From positions 1 through 59,463 of the forward strand of contig JAKLFF010000005.1 in NCBI GenBank assembly GCA_022711335.1: 59,463 bases of DNA, read 5' to 3'. The DNA comes from Patescibacteria group bacterium (GTDB taxonomy: Bacteria; Patescibacteriota; Minisyncoccia; Moranbacterales; UBA2206). This document shows positions 24,060 to 32,841 of this stretch, piece by piece (position 1 is the first letter of the stretch; the number at the start of each line of letters is the position of its first letter). Under the pieces are notes generated by a model that was given only the letters and a program-made list of their open reading frames with translations, did not search any database and was not told the origin of the DNA. Position numbers and translations under genes: made by a program.

Positions 24060-25676
24060 ATGGAGGAAAAAGAAATAAAAATTGAAAACAGTCCTTGGAA
24101 TATTTACGGAAACGGTCCAAAAAAAGATGTTAAAAATGAAGCGGGGAATGAGGATAAGAATAAAAATATGCCGGAAAGCGGGACAAATTCCCGTCCTTTC
24201 GGATCTGCGCCTGGCGCGGCGGAGCCGTTTGCGCCTCGCGTTTCCAGCCATTCGTCTTCGCATTTGCACGCGGATAATTCTGGCGCGGAGGCGGAAATGA
24301 AAGGCAGCGATGTGAAAAAACCGATTATCGAGGTTCAGGATCTGAATGTCATATACAACCAGGGAAAATCCAATGAGGTGCGGGCGCTGGAAAATGTCAG
24401 CGTTACAATCGATCCGCAAGAATATGTGATTATTTTCGGTCCGTCCGGATGCGGAAAATCTACTTTGCTTTATGCTATTTCCGGCCTTCAGGGTCCGACC
24501 AGCGGAATGATAAAAGTTGATGATGAAGATATTGCGGGCTATAAAAAAAAACAGATGGCCGAGTTCCACCAGAAAAAGATAGGCATGGTTTTTCAGGCCT
24601 TCCACCTTATAAACTCCATAACAGTGAAAGACAATGTGTGTCTGCCCAAAGTTTTTCGGTCTGAAAAAGAAGACGCGAGAAACCAAAAATCAACTACTCT
24701 TCTTGAGCGATTTAATATTTTGAACCAGGGGGATAAATTTCCCGTAGAGCTTTCCGGCGGGCAAAAGCAGCGCGTTTCCATAGCAAGAGCGCTTGTAAAC
24801 GATCCTGATATAATCCTGGCTGACGAACCGGTGGGGAATTTGGATTCAAAGTCCGCCCACAATGTGATGACAATTCTCAAAGAGCTTAACGAAGTGGATA
24901 AAAAAACGGTTGTGCTGGTTACCCACGATCCGTCCCATTTGGTTTATGGAAACAAAATAATCCATATGAAGGATGGAAAGGTGGTAAAAATTGAAATTGT
25001 CCGGAGAAAAGAAATGGCCAAAACAGAACAGGACGAAGGCAGTTTCATATTCAAAGACGGAAAGGTGCGCGAAGAGTTCAGAAGGATGGGACTGGTCAAA
25101 GAAGAATTTATCCCGGCGGATATTAAATTGCTCATCAAGGCTTTCAAGGATCTTAACATTAATCAGGTTGGAGCGCTTATCGTTCCTTTCAAGGCTGACC
25201 AGCTTTTTTCGCACGTTTTCTTTTCCATAACCAACGAACAGATGGAAACAGCCAAAAAAAGGCTGCAAGACTACATGTATGGCCGGTTAGAATTTGACAA
25301 GTTCGAGGAAGAATTGGATATTCCTCCGGAAAAAGGAGGGGCTGGCTGGGACAAGCGAATCGCAGAAAAATTTTCCTTGAACGTGAAAAGGATAATCGAT
25401 GAAGCCAACAAGATTGATTTTTCAAGAAAAACCCAGTCGGCCGCGAAACTCGGAGATTATCTGTCTTCTTACTTTGGTTTGAAACTGGAACAGGGCAAAA
25501 AAGACAAAATGGATAAATTGATTTTAGACCGGCTGGAAAACCGGATCGGGGTGGACGAATTTACCAAATTTTTAGATATGCCGGAAAAAAAGAATGGATT
25601 GGATTTTAATAAAAAAATGGCCCAAAAAATTGCCAGAGAGCTGGAAATGCTCTTGCTTATTAGATATTCAGCATGA
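24060..25676 (+). CDS. ABC transporter ATP-binding protein (MacB/LolD-like) with long terminal extensions
   Basis: Walker A GPSGCGKST, signature LSGGQKQRV, Walker B ILADEPVGNLD. It has a ~95-aa N-terminal and a ~220-aa C-terminal extension. Confidence 0.85.
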   Translation: MEEKEIKIENSPWNIYGNGPKKDVKNEAGNEDKNKNMPESGTNSRPFGSAPGAAEPFAPRVSSHSSSHLHADNSGAEAEMKGSDVKKPIIEVQDLNVIYNQGKSNEVRALENVSVTIDPQEYVIIFGPSGCGKSTLLYAISGLQGPTSGMIKVDDEDIAGYKKKQMAEFHQKKIGMVFQAFHLINSITVKDNVCLPKVFRSEKEDARNQKSTTLLERFNILNQGDKFPVELSGGQKQRVSIARALVNDPDIILADEPVGNLDSKSAHNVMTILKELNEVDKKTVVLVTHDPSHLVYGNKIIHMKDGKVVKIEIVRRKEMAKTEQDEGSFIFKDGKVREEFRRMGLVKEEFIPADIKLLIKAFKDLNINQVGALIVPFKADQLFSHVFFSITNEQMETAKKRLQDYMYGRLEFDKFEEELDIPPEKGGAGWDKRIAEKFSLNVKRIIDEANKIDFSRKTQSAAKLGDYLSSYFGLKLEQGKKDKMDKLILDRLENRIGVDEFTKFLDMPEKKNGLDFNKKMAQKIARELEMLLLIRYSA

Positions 25677-26866
25677 AACTTAGGGATCTTACAAAATTAT
25701 CAACCAGAATGTTCAAAGCTAGGACGACCAGGACGCTCCTGACTATTTTGGGTATGGGCGTAGGCATGGCGGCCATACTTTTTCTTGTGGCGCTCGGATA
25801 TGGAATACAGCGGGAAATGCTCAAAACCATAACTACTGCCGATTCGCTTCTTTCCCTGGATGTTTATCCGGTGAAAGTCGGGGATTATATAAATCTGGAA
25901 ACAATTGAAAAAATAAAATTAAAAGAAGAAGTAGCGCACATTAGTCCGGTTTTCAGCACTAAAATCCAGGCCAAATATGAAAATGTCGTGTCTGATGCCC
26001 AGGCGGAAATCGTGGATGACCAGTTTCTAAATCTTAACGGAACGAAGATAACTGACGGAAAAGGAATAACCGGGGAGAATAAAAATGGAGTGGTTATTTC
26101 TTCGACTTTTGCCAAGCTTTTCAACAAAAATCCCGTTGATATGATCGGGGGAGAGCTAACTTTTTCGATGGCTTCTCCCGAAAACAAAAGTGATTCCAAA
26201 AAAGGAAAGGTCGTGAACATTGAAAAAATTTTTACAATTATCGGCGTCGTGGACAGTAAGGAAAACAGCCTTTACATAAACAAAGAAGGAATTTCCGAAG
26301 CGGTAAATATTTTCGAATTTTCCCAGCTAAAAATAAAATGCCGGACAGCCGAAGTTCTGGAAAAAGTCAAGAGCGATGTGACGGAAATGGGATTTTACGT
26401 CTCGGCTGTTTCGGATATGGTAAAGCAAACGGACAAATTTTTTGCAATGGTGCGGATTGTTCTCGGTTTTTTCGGAATGATTGCCCTTATCGTTAGCTCC
26501 ATTGGAATGTTCAATACTATGACAGTGGCCCTTCTCGAACGGACGGAAGAAATAGGGATAATGAAAGCCATTGGCGCTTACAATAAAGATATTCTGGCCA
26601 TGTTCGTCTTTGAATCGACGGTTATGGGTTTTTTGGGAGGGGTTTGCGGGGTCATTCTGGGAATTTTGGGAGCGGAAACTTTTAATTTTTTGCTAAATAT
26701 CGTGGCAAAAAGGATGGGCGGAAGCGCTATTTCCATTTTTTATTTTCCCGTTTGGTTTTTGGGATTTATCGTTCTTTCTTCCACATTTGTCGGTTTTCTA
26801 ACCGGCATAATTCCAGCCAGAAAAGCCAGTTCGACTGATCCGCTGGACGCGTTGAGATATAAATAG
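25673..26866 (+). CDS. ABC transporter permease, FtsX/MacB type
   Basis: 397 aa: one N-terminal TM, a large external domain and three C-terminal TMs. It overlaps the upstream gene by ATGA. Confidence 0.8.
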   Translation: MKLRDLTKLSTRMFKARTTRTLLTILGMGVGMAAILFLVALGYGIQREMLKTITTADSLLSLDVYPVKVGDYINLETIEKIKLKEEVAHISPVFSTKIQAKYENVVSDAQAEIVDDQFLNLNGTKITDGKGITGENKNGVVISSTFAKLFNKNPVDMIGGELTFSMASPENKSDSKKGKVVNIEKIFTIIGVVDSKENSLYINKEGISEAVNIFEFSQLKIKCRTAEVLEKVKSDVTEMGFYVSAVSDMVKQTDKFFAMVRIVLGFFGMIALIVSSIGMFNTMTVALLERTEEIGIMKAIGAYNKDILAMFVFESTVMGFLGGVCGVILGILGAETFNFLLNIVAKRMGGSAISIFYFPVWFLGFIVLSSTFVGFLTGIIPARKASSTDPLDALRYK

Positions 26867-26905
26867 AAAAAGCGCAAAGTTTAAGGCGCAAAGTGCAAAA
26901 AGACC

Positions 26906-27517
26906 ATGAAAGATTTTATTAAAAAACATTCAGCTTTTATCCTAAAAATAGCATTGGTGCTGGCAGTTATTTTGGGATTGGCTGATTTTGCGGATAAAAA
27001 GTTTAGAAGCGATGCAAAAACAGTCCAAAAAACAGTTTTAGGGGAAGAATCTATCGGTGAAATTGAAGATAAAACCATGGTGTCTGAAGATTACCGTATA
27101 AGCTATTTGACTACTAACGGCGACACCGGCCTTGATCTCAACAGCGAAGATCAGTCGCTTCCTTTGGACATTGTGGACATAAAAAGCGAGGTCTATAGCG
27201 TAAAAGATAAAAATGAAACCAGAATGGTTTTATCATGGAAAACCAATAAAACGGCGTTTTCTCAAGCGAATTATTCCAAAAAAGGGGAGCCGATAGCCAA
27301 AGTTGTCCAGGAAAATAATTTCGGGCTGGATCATTCCATTACTCTCTCGGGGCTCGACGCCGATTCGGTCTACTGGTATAAGATAAAAAGCCGGGATCGC
27401 TGGGGAAATGAAAAAACTTCGGATGAGTTTGTTTTTTATACCGGCGCGCCCAACATTTCTTTTATGGACGTGCTTACTAATGCTTTCGGGAAAATATTCG
27501 GTTGGGCGAAGATTTGA
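26906..27517 (+). CDS. membrane-anchored protein with FN3-like beta-sandwich
   Basis: N-terminal TM. ...VLSWKTNKTAFSQANY...ITLSGLDADSVYWYKIKSRDRWGN... resembles FN3 / purple-acid-phosphatase N-domains. Confidence 0.4.
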   Translation: MKDFIKKHSAFILKIALVLAVILGLADFADKKFRSDAKTVQKTVLGEESIGEIEDKTMVSEDYRISYLTTNGDTGLDLNSEDQSLPLDIVDIKSEVYSVKDKNETRMVLSWKTNKTAFSQANYSKKGEPIAKVVQENNFGLDHSITLSGLDADSVYWYKIKSRDRWGNEKTSDEFVFYTGAPNISFMDVLTNAFGKIFGWAKI

Positions 27518-27581
27518 CAATTTTCTCGGGTTGATATAATCTGTACTAGTAACAAAAAAGCCTTTATAGGGCATAATAAAT

Positions 27582-27995
27582 ATGCTAAGTATTAGATTTG
27601 CAAGAGTCGGAAAAAAGAATAAGGCCTATTTCAAAATAATGCTTCAGGAACACACTGCTGCTCCGGGAGGGAGGCACGTGGAAATTTTAGGTTCTTATGA
27701 TCCGCATAAAAAAGAAGCTCTTCTCAAGGAAGAAAGGATAAAATACTGGATTTCAAAGGGCGCTAAAGCTTCCGATACCGTCCATAATCTTTTAGTTTCA
27801 AAGGGAATAGTTTCCGATAAAAAAAGAGCGGTTAAAATTCCCGAAAAAACCGGAGAAGCTAAGCCGAAAGAAGAAACAAAGGCTGAAGAAAAAAAGCCGG
27901 AGGGAAAAAAAGAAGTGAAAACTGAAGAAATTAGGGAAGAAAAGGCGATCGAAGAAACGAAAAAGGGAGAAAGCAAATCTGAAGCCAAGGAATAG
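27582..27995 (+). CDS. rpsP: 30S ribosomal protein S16 with K/E-rich C-terminal tail
   Basis: MLSIRFARVGKKNKAYFKIMLQE...GSYDP. Confidence 0.9.
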   Translation: MLSIRFARVGKKNKAYFKIMLQEHTAAPGGRHVEILGSYDPHKKEALLKEERIKYWISKGAKASDTVHNLLVSKGIVSDKKRAVKIPEKTGEAKPKEETKAEEKKPEGKKEVKTEEIREEKAIEETKKGESKSEAKE

Positions 27996-28118
27996 CAAAT
28001 TGAATATTGAATATTATTTTCCGCAGACAGCAGGCAGCATGAAATGCATAATTCCTGCCGAGGAAATAACGCTTGAAGCGTTGTTTTATCCGCGGTAAGT
28101 ACGCGGATTGTTTGTTTA

Positions 28119-28224
28119 TTCTCTACGAATTACGAATCTGTACGAATATACCAATGTGAATTAAGTATGATTTAAAAAATTTACAGAGAATTAGTATATT
28201 CGTAATTAATTAGTAATTAGTAAA
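28119..28224. repeat. opposed heptamer arrays (TACGAAT dialect)
   Basis: TTCTCTACGAATTACGAATC (28119-28138) is identical to 39757-39776. The complementary arm is ...TAGTATATTCGTAATTAATTAGTAATTAG. Confidence 0.85.
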
Positions 28225-28231
28225 GAAATCC

Positions 28232-28753
28232 ATGCAGACAAAAAAGCAAAAAAAAGAAATAGTGGCTGATCTTTCCGAGAAGCTTAAAAATTCCAAAGCA
28301 GCGGTCTTTTCAGATTTCAAGGGTCTTTTAGTGAAGGACATGATGGCCCTTAGGAAAGAGCTGAGGAAGGAAAAAATTGATTTTAAAGTTGCGAAAAAAA
28401 CTCTCATCGAGTTAGCGCTTAAAAATGCCAAAATAGATGCAAGTGTAAAGAATATGGAAGGCCAGCTGGCTGTGGCTATTTCGCAGGAAGATGAAGTGGC
28501 GGCGGCCAAAATTATGGCGAAAGTTGCCAAGGGGAACGAAAATTTGAAAATTTTAGGCGGAATTTTGGAAATGAAATTTTTGGGAAAAGAAGAAATCATG
28601 GCGCTTTCGAAGCTTCCTTCTAAAGACGAACTTCTGGCTAAATTGGTGGGAACGCTGAATGCCCCGGTTTCCGGATTTGTAAATGTTCTCGCTGGAAATA
28701 TCCGCGGACTGATTAATGTTTTGAAAGCGGTAGCTGATAATAAAGCTAATTAA
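28232..28753 (+). CDS. rplJ: 50S ribosomal protein L10
   Basis: 173 aa with the L10 pattern (KKEIVADLSEKLKNSKAAVFSDFKGL...). It lies upstream of rplL. Confidence 0.9.
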   Translation: MQTKKQKKEIVADLSEKLKNSKAAVFSDFKGLLVKDMMALRKELRKEKIDFKVAKKTLIELALKNAKIDASVKNMEGQLAVAISQEDEVAAAKIMAKVAKGNENLKILGGILEMKFLGKEEIMALSKLPSKDELLAKLVGTLNAPVSGFVNVLAGNIRGLINVLKAVADNKAN

Positions 28754-28782
28754 TTTTTTTAAATAATTAATAAGTGTGCGAA

Positions 28783-28890
28783 TTCCTCCACTCCCCTGGG
28801 GAGAGGATGCCCGAAGGGCAGGAGAGGGATAAAATTAAGATTCTTCCCTCATCCGGCCTACGGCCACCTTCTCCCTAAGGGAGAAGGGGT
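28783..28890 (+). repeat. GC-rich ~110-nt hairpin element, full copy 4 (inside the rplJ-rplL spacer)
   Basis: TTCCTCCACTCCCCTGGGGAGAGGATGCCCGAAGGGCAGGAGAGGGAT...TTCCCTCATCCGGCCTACGGCCACCTTCTCCCTAAGGGAGAAGGGG. Confidence 0.9.
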
Positions 28891-28909
28891 ATGAGCAAAG
28901 TAAACAACT

Positions 28910-29323
28910 ATGGCTGAAGAAAAAAAAGAGGAAGTAAAAGTTCCGGAAAAATTCCAAAAACTCGTAGGCGAGATCGAAAAAATGAGCGTTTTGGAGCTTT
29001 CGGAACTGGTAAAAATTCTTGAAGACAAATTCGGTGTGAGCGCGGCGGCTCCTGTTATGATGGGGGCAATGCCAGCTTCAGCCGGCGCTGAAGGCGGCGC
29101 AGCTGAAGAAAAAAGCGAATTTGACGTGGAAGTGACTGCCGCTGGAGCTTCCAAAATCAATGTAATCAAGGCCGTTAGAGAAGTTACCGGGCTTGGGCTT
29201 AAGGATGCCAAGGATTTGGTTGACGCAGCTCCGAAAGTGATTAAGGAAAAAGCGGCCAAAGCGGAAGCGGAAGAGATGAAAAAGAAGCTGGAAGCGGCGG
29301 GAGCGACAGTGACGCTGAAATAA
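28910..29323 (+). CDS. rplL: 50S ribosomal protein L7/L12
   Basis: ...[24 protein letters not shown]...[24 protein letters not shown]... Confidence 0.95.
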   Translation: MAEEKKEEVKVPEKFQKLVGEIEKMSVLELSELVKILEDKFGVSAAAPVMMGAMPASAGAEGGAAEEKSEFDVEVTAAGASKINVIKAVREVTGLGLKDAKDLVDAAPKVIKEKAAKAEAEEMKKKLEAAGATVTLK

Positions 29324-29345
29324 TTCTGAAATATAGAGTATGAAA

Positions 29346-29375
29346 AACATCCTCGGGATTCGGGGATGTTTTTTT
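29346..29375 (+). terminator. intrinsic terminator after rplL
   Basis: AACATCCTCG-GGATT-CGGGGATGTT followed by TTTTT. Confidence 0.75.
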
Positions 29376-29742
29376 ATAATCATAGCCAGAGGATTGCATC
29401 AGATAGCAGGCTATAAAAAAGTATAAAAATAAAGTAAAGAGCATGAGTTCAACCATCTGGCGCCGAAACCAGGTATGGCAGAGTGGAGCTATGTCGGGCA
29501 AAGTTTTGGCGTGGTCGATGTTAAAGGGAAAAAAGTGGAAGTAGAAACTTATTCCGTCGACGGAAAGCTGCTAAAAATGGTGTCCTTTTTTTTGATGCGG
29601 ATTTATAGTTTTGGCTCTTTCTTTGATGAATTTGTTTCTAAAAGCTAAAATTAAGTAAGATATCTGAAAGCAATGAAGACAACAACATTTCTTCTAAGAA
29701 TGTAACACCGATTCATTAATTTATATTCAGTTGCGCAATTGA

Positions 29743-29768
29743 TTGCTTGTACAAAAAAACAGCCTTGA
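29743..29768. terminator. bidirectional hairpin terminator
   Basis: AAAAAAA-CAGCC-TTGA-GGCTG-TTTTT, downstream of the minus-strand ORF 29799..30068. Confidence 0.6.
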
Positions 29769-29798
29769 GGCTGTTTTTGTGTATAATTATATGGGTTT

Positions 29799-30068
29799 TT
29801 ACCCGATTGCTTTTATTTCAATTCCCAGTTTTTCTTTGATAATCTGTTTCATTTGCTTGAATTCCTCCCTCATGATGGTAAATTCTTGTTTAAAATCTTC
29901 CTGTGCTTTGACATATCCGTCAATTAAAGCTTGAACATTATTGATATCAGTCCTAAGCCTATCTTCCATTTGATTCAAACGGTTATCCAAAGCACTTAGA
30001 AGAATTTGTGTTTGTTCTTCCAAATCTTTTCTTGTTACATATTCATTTTTATTGGTTTCTTCGTTCAT
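29799..30068 (-). CDS. hypothetical coiled-coil protein
   Basis: 89-aa ORF with heptad-like charged sequence and its own downstream terminator. I recognise no family. Confidence 0.45.
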   Translation of the reverse strand: MNEETNKNEYVTRKDLEEQTQILLSALDNRLNQMEDRLRTDINNVQALIDGYVKAQEDFKQEFTIMREEFKQMKQIIKEKLGIEIKAIG

Positions 30069-30127
30069 GGCTATATTCTAAATCAAGCTATCATATACGT
30101 CAAACACGACAAAAATGTAAGAATTTG

Positions 30128-30199
30128 TTGGGGCGGTAGGATTCGAACCTACGCATAACGGAGTCAAAGTCCGTTGCCTTACCGCTTGGCTACGCCCCA
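30128..30199 (-). tRNA. tRNA-Gln (anticodon TTG)
   Basis: The reverse complement folds as a cloverleaf: acceptor TGGGGCG/CGCCCCA (U1-A72), anticodon arm ACGGA-CTTTGAC-TCCGT, T-arm GTAGG-TTCGAAT-CCTAC. No CCA is encoded. Confidence 0.85.
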
Positions 30200-30299
30200 T
30201 TTGGAAATTTTTAATTTAAAATTTTCAATTTTTAAACAATTTTCAATGAATTAATTTTCTAATTTCAAATTAGGCTATTGGAAAATTAGAACTTGTTTA

Positions 30300-31934
30300 T
30301 TATTCCTCTACAATTTTTCCGCCCATAATCTCCAGCGCTGAAGCCAGGAGGGGATCCTGGGTGCTGGATTTTTTCAGTTTCTTATTTTCCGTGTGCTCCG
30401 ATTTTCTTATGGCAATCGACTTGTTAGTTATTATCGAAACGGAAACTTTTGACCCTAAGATACTACTAAAGACCTTTTCAATTGTCAATCGATTGCCCGG
30501 TTCGTCCAGCTTTTCGCGGTAGAAATCATAGGGCGTGGCGATGATGATAGCGGCGCCTTCAACTTTTATAACTTTACAATTGGAGAGGAGGGCGTTTAGG
30601 GAATGATTGTATGGTTTAATTTCAACAAGCAATTTGTTCCAATTGTTTTTGACAAAATCAATATCCAAATCATTAATTTGTTGAAATTTTCTGGTTTGTT
30701 CGGGTGTCGGCTCATTATTTGTGATTTTTGATTTTTCCACCAAGGGCGGATCAGCCTTTGGCTGAGAATTTTGAATTTTAATCCTTGAATTTTGAGCTAT
30801 CTTTTCATCAAATGTTTCATGTTTCATGTTGTATGTTGTATGTTTTATGTTTTGCGTTGCCATAATAATCGCTATTTCCAATGGCAATTGCGGAAGAATG
30901 AAAGAATTTATCTTGTTTTGCGCTTCCAAAAACAAATTGATTGCCAATAAAATATCGGGAAGTTCGGCAGATATTGCGATTTTTTTCATGTTTTCAATCT
31001 GTTCCTTGGTCATTTCGTAAGTGAAAAAATCCGACAGTTTTTCGTTGATTTTGAGAAGCATCAGCTGGCGGAAATAATTGATAAGGGACTTATTGAAAAC
31101 TGAAAGGTCATAGCCGCTATCCAGCAATTTGTTTATTTGCCCTATGGCTTCAGCCGTATTTTTTTCAATTACCATTTTAGCAATATTTTCCGTATATTTT
31201 CGATCCGCCGTTCCTAAAATTTCTTCTACCTCTGCAGTGGTTATGTCCTTGTCTTCGAGGGAAATTATTTGGGAAAGAAGCGATTCAGCGTCGCGCATTC
31301 CGCCTTCGGCGGAAATAGCAATCATCTCCAATGCCTCTTTTCCTATTTTTATCTTTTCGCTCTTAGCGATCAGCGACAGTTTTTCGATTATATTTTCGAT
31401 AGGCAGCCGGGCGAAATCAAAGCGCTGGCAGCGGGAAATTATCGTGGCCGGAACCTTATGGATTTCCGTTGTTGCCAAAATGAAAATAACGTGAGGCGGC
31501 GGTTCTTCCAGAGTCTTGAGAAGCGCGTTGAAAGCGCCGGTCGAAAGCATATGCACTTCATCTATGATATACACTTTGTATTTCAATTTTGTCGGCTGAA
31601 GCGCTACGGTTTCACGAAGCTCGCGGATATTATCTACGCCGGTGTTTGACGCAGCGTCGATTTCAATGATATCGAGCGTTTTGTTTTCCGAAATCAGCTT
31701 GCAAGTTTCGCATTTTTCGCAAGTTATGCCATCCCTGGGCTTTTCGCAGTTTACTGTTTTGGCAAGAATTCTGGCAATAGAAGTTTTTCCGGTTCCGCGA
31801 GGACCGGTAAAAAGATATGCCTGTCCGACACGTCCGTTTTTTACGGCATTAGTCAGCGTTCGGACAATGTGGGTTTGTCCTATAATTTCGGAAAAATTTC
31901 CGGGGCGGTATTTTCGATAAAGAGTTTCTTTCAT
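30300..31934 (-). CDS. dnaX: DNA polymerase III subunit gamma/tau
   Basis: GPRGTGKTS, IIDEVHMLS, zinc module CEKCETC, SRCQRF. The linker (…HTTYNMKHETFDEKIAQNSRIKIQNSQPKADPPLVEKSK…) is encoded by repeat sequence at 30722-30856. Confidence 0.9.
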   Translation of the reverse strand: MKETLYRKYRPGNFSEIIGQTHIVRTLTNAVKNGRVGQAYLFTGPRGTGKTSIARILAKTVNCEKPRDGITCEKCETCKLISENKTLDIIEIDAASNTGVDNIRELRETVALQPTKLKYKVYIIDEVHMLSTGAFNALLKTLEEPPPHVIFILATTEIHKVPATIISRCQRFDFARLPIENIIEKLSLIAKSEKIKIGKEALEMIAISAEGGMRDAESLLSQIISLEDKDITTAEVEEILGTADRKYTENIAKMVIEKNTAEAIGQINKLLDSGYDLSVFNKSLINYFRQLMLLKINEKLSDFFTYEMTKEQIENMKKIAISAELPDILLAINLFLEAQNKINSFILPQLPLEIAIIMATQNIKHTTYNMKHETFDEKIAQNSRIKIQNSQPKADPPLVEKSKITNNEPTPEQTRKFQQINDLDIDFVKNNWNKLLVEIKPYNHSLNALLSNCKVIKVEGAAIIIATPYDFYREKLDEPGNRLTIEKVFSSILGSKVSVSIITNKSIAIRKSEHTENKKLKKSSTQDPLLASALEIMGGKIVEE

Positions 31935-32014
31935 AGCACTAAAAAATAATTAAGAGTACCTTCGGTACCCCCCTATAGCTAACTTAAATTAATTCTCGCT
32001 TTGCTTTTTAATAA

Positions 32015-32107
32015 GGCTTGGTTTAACAGCAGCTTTGCAATCATTCGTTATTCCACCTGCCAGCGAGGCAGGAAAATGAGGATCCAGGCTGCATTTTTGG
32101 CCTAGCC
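32015..32107. other. ~93-nt long imperfect hairpin upstream of dnaX (candidate structured RNA, identity unknown)
   Basis: GGCTTGG/CCTAGCC, GCAGC (32029-33)/GCTGC (32088-92), and apical CCTGCC-AGCGA-GGCAGG (32056-32072). Confidence 0.3.
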
Positions 32108-32149
32108 GTAAGATTCTCAGACGAGCTCTTATAAGGATATTATATAACC

Positions 32150-32176
32150 AAAAAAAGACAGGCACAAGGCCTGACT
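32150..32176 (-). terminator. hairpin terminator after the GtrA-like gene
   Basis: CAGGC-ACAAG-GCCTG is flanked by an A-run on the + strand, which is a T-run on the minus strand. Confidence 0.5.
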
Positions 32177-32198
32177 TTTACAATAAATATGCGAATAG

Positions 32199-32825
32199 CT
32201 ACTTTTTAAATACAATAAACTTATATCCTAAAAAATTCCAGACCAGTCCGGCGATTGATCCCATGGCGGCTCCAATAAGTCCGGCTTGATCGGCGCTGAA
32301 TCCGGAAATTGATTTGAAAACCAAAGAAGCGACCAGGACATTTATCACAAAGCCGACGACGCTGACGATAAAAAATTGGACAAACTCGGTTTTTTTCCCG
32401 CCCTCCTGATTGAAAGTCCAATACTTATTCCAAAGGTAGCTGTTAATGTTAGCTACTATAAAAGAGATGGATTTAAAGATAGAATAAAAGGTCAGGAAAG
32501 ACAATGCTCCAAAAATTGCCGTTTTGGAGTCGATGGAAAAATAAGCGCGAAACATAAAAGTCATAATGGACAATACTCCCATATCAACAAGAACATTAAG
32601 AACGCCGGTAACGCCGAATTTTCCAATCTGCCAAACGACGGTAATTTTTCTTGAAATGAGATGTGCGATTGCCAATCCGAAAGGAACGGCAATTATAAAG
32701 AAGGGGATTATAAAAAGTGAAAATTTGGCATAAAGCTCGGGTTTTGCGGCATATAAAACCGGCAAAAATAAAAGGCCGATAAAGAGGCCGGCGATAAAAG
32801 AAAGAGAGTAGTCTTTTTTAGACAT
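32199..32825 (-). CDS. GtrA-family membrane protein
   Basis: 208 aa, multi-TM. ...FGVTGVLNVLVDMGVL... and ...FFIVSVVGFVINVLVASLVF... resemble the GtrA-like family. Confidence 0.6.
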   Translation of the reverse strand: MSKKDYSLSFIAGLFIGLLFLPVLYAAKPELYAKFSLFIIPFFIIAVPFGLAIAHLISRKITVVWQIGKFGVTGVLNVLVDMGVLSIMTFMFRAYFSIDSKTAIFGALSFLTFYSIFKSISFIVANINSYLWNKYWTFNQEGGKKTEFVQFFIVSVVGFVINVLVASLVFKSISGFSADQAGLIGAAMGSIAGLVWNFLGYKFIVFKK

Positions 32826-32841
32826 ATAGTTTTTATTTTGT

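Noticed and set aside
29380-29740. Gene-less 360 nt after rplL, including a possible 57-aa ORF starting ATG 29476 (MAEWSYVGQSFGVVDVKGKK...)
   Set aside because: There is no convincing ribosome-binding site, no recognisable family and no strong nested structure. I left it unannotated.
32015-32107. Calling the hairpin upstream of dnaX an SRP (4.5S) RNA
   Set aside because: The synteny is suggestive, but neither strand shows the conserved GGAA-tetraloop / AGCAGC domain IV motif. It is kept only as an unidentified hairpin.
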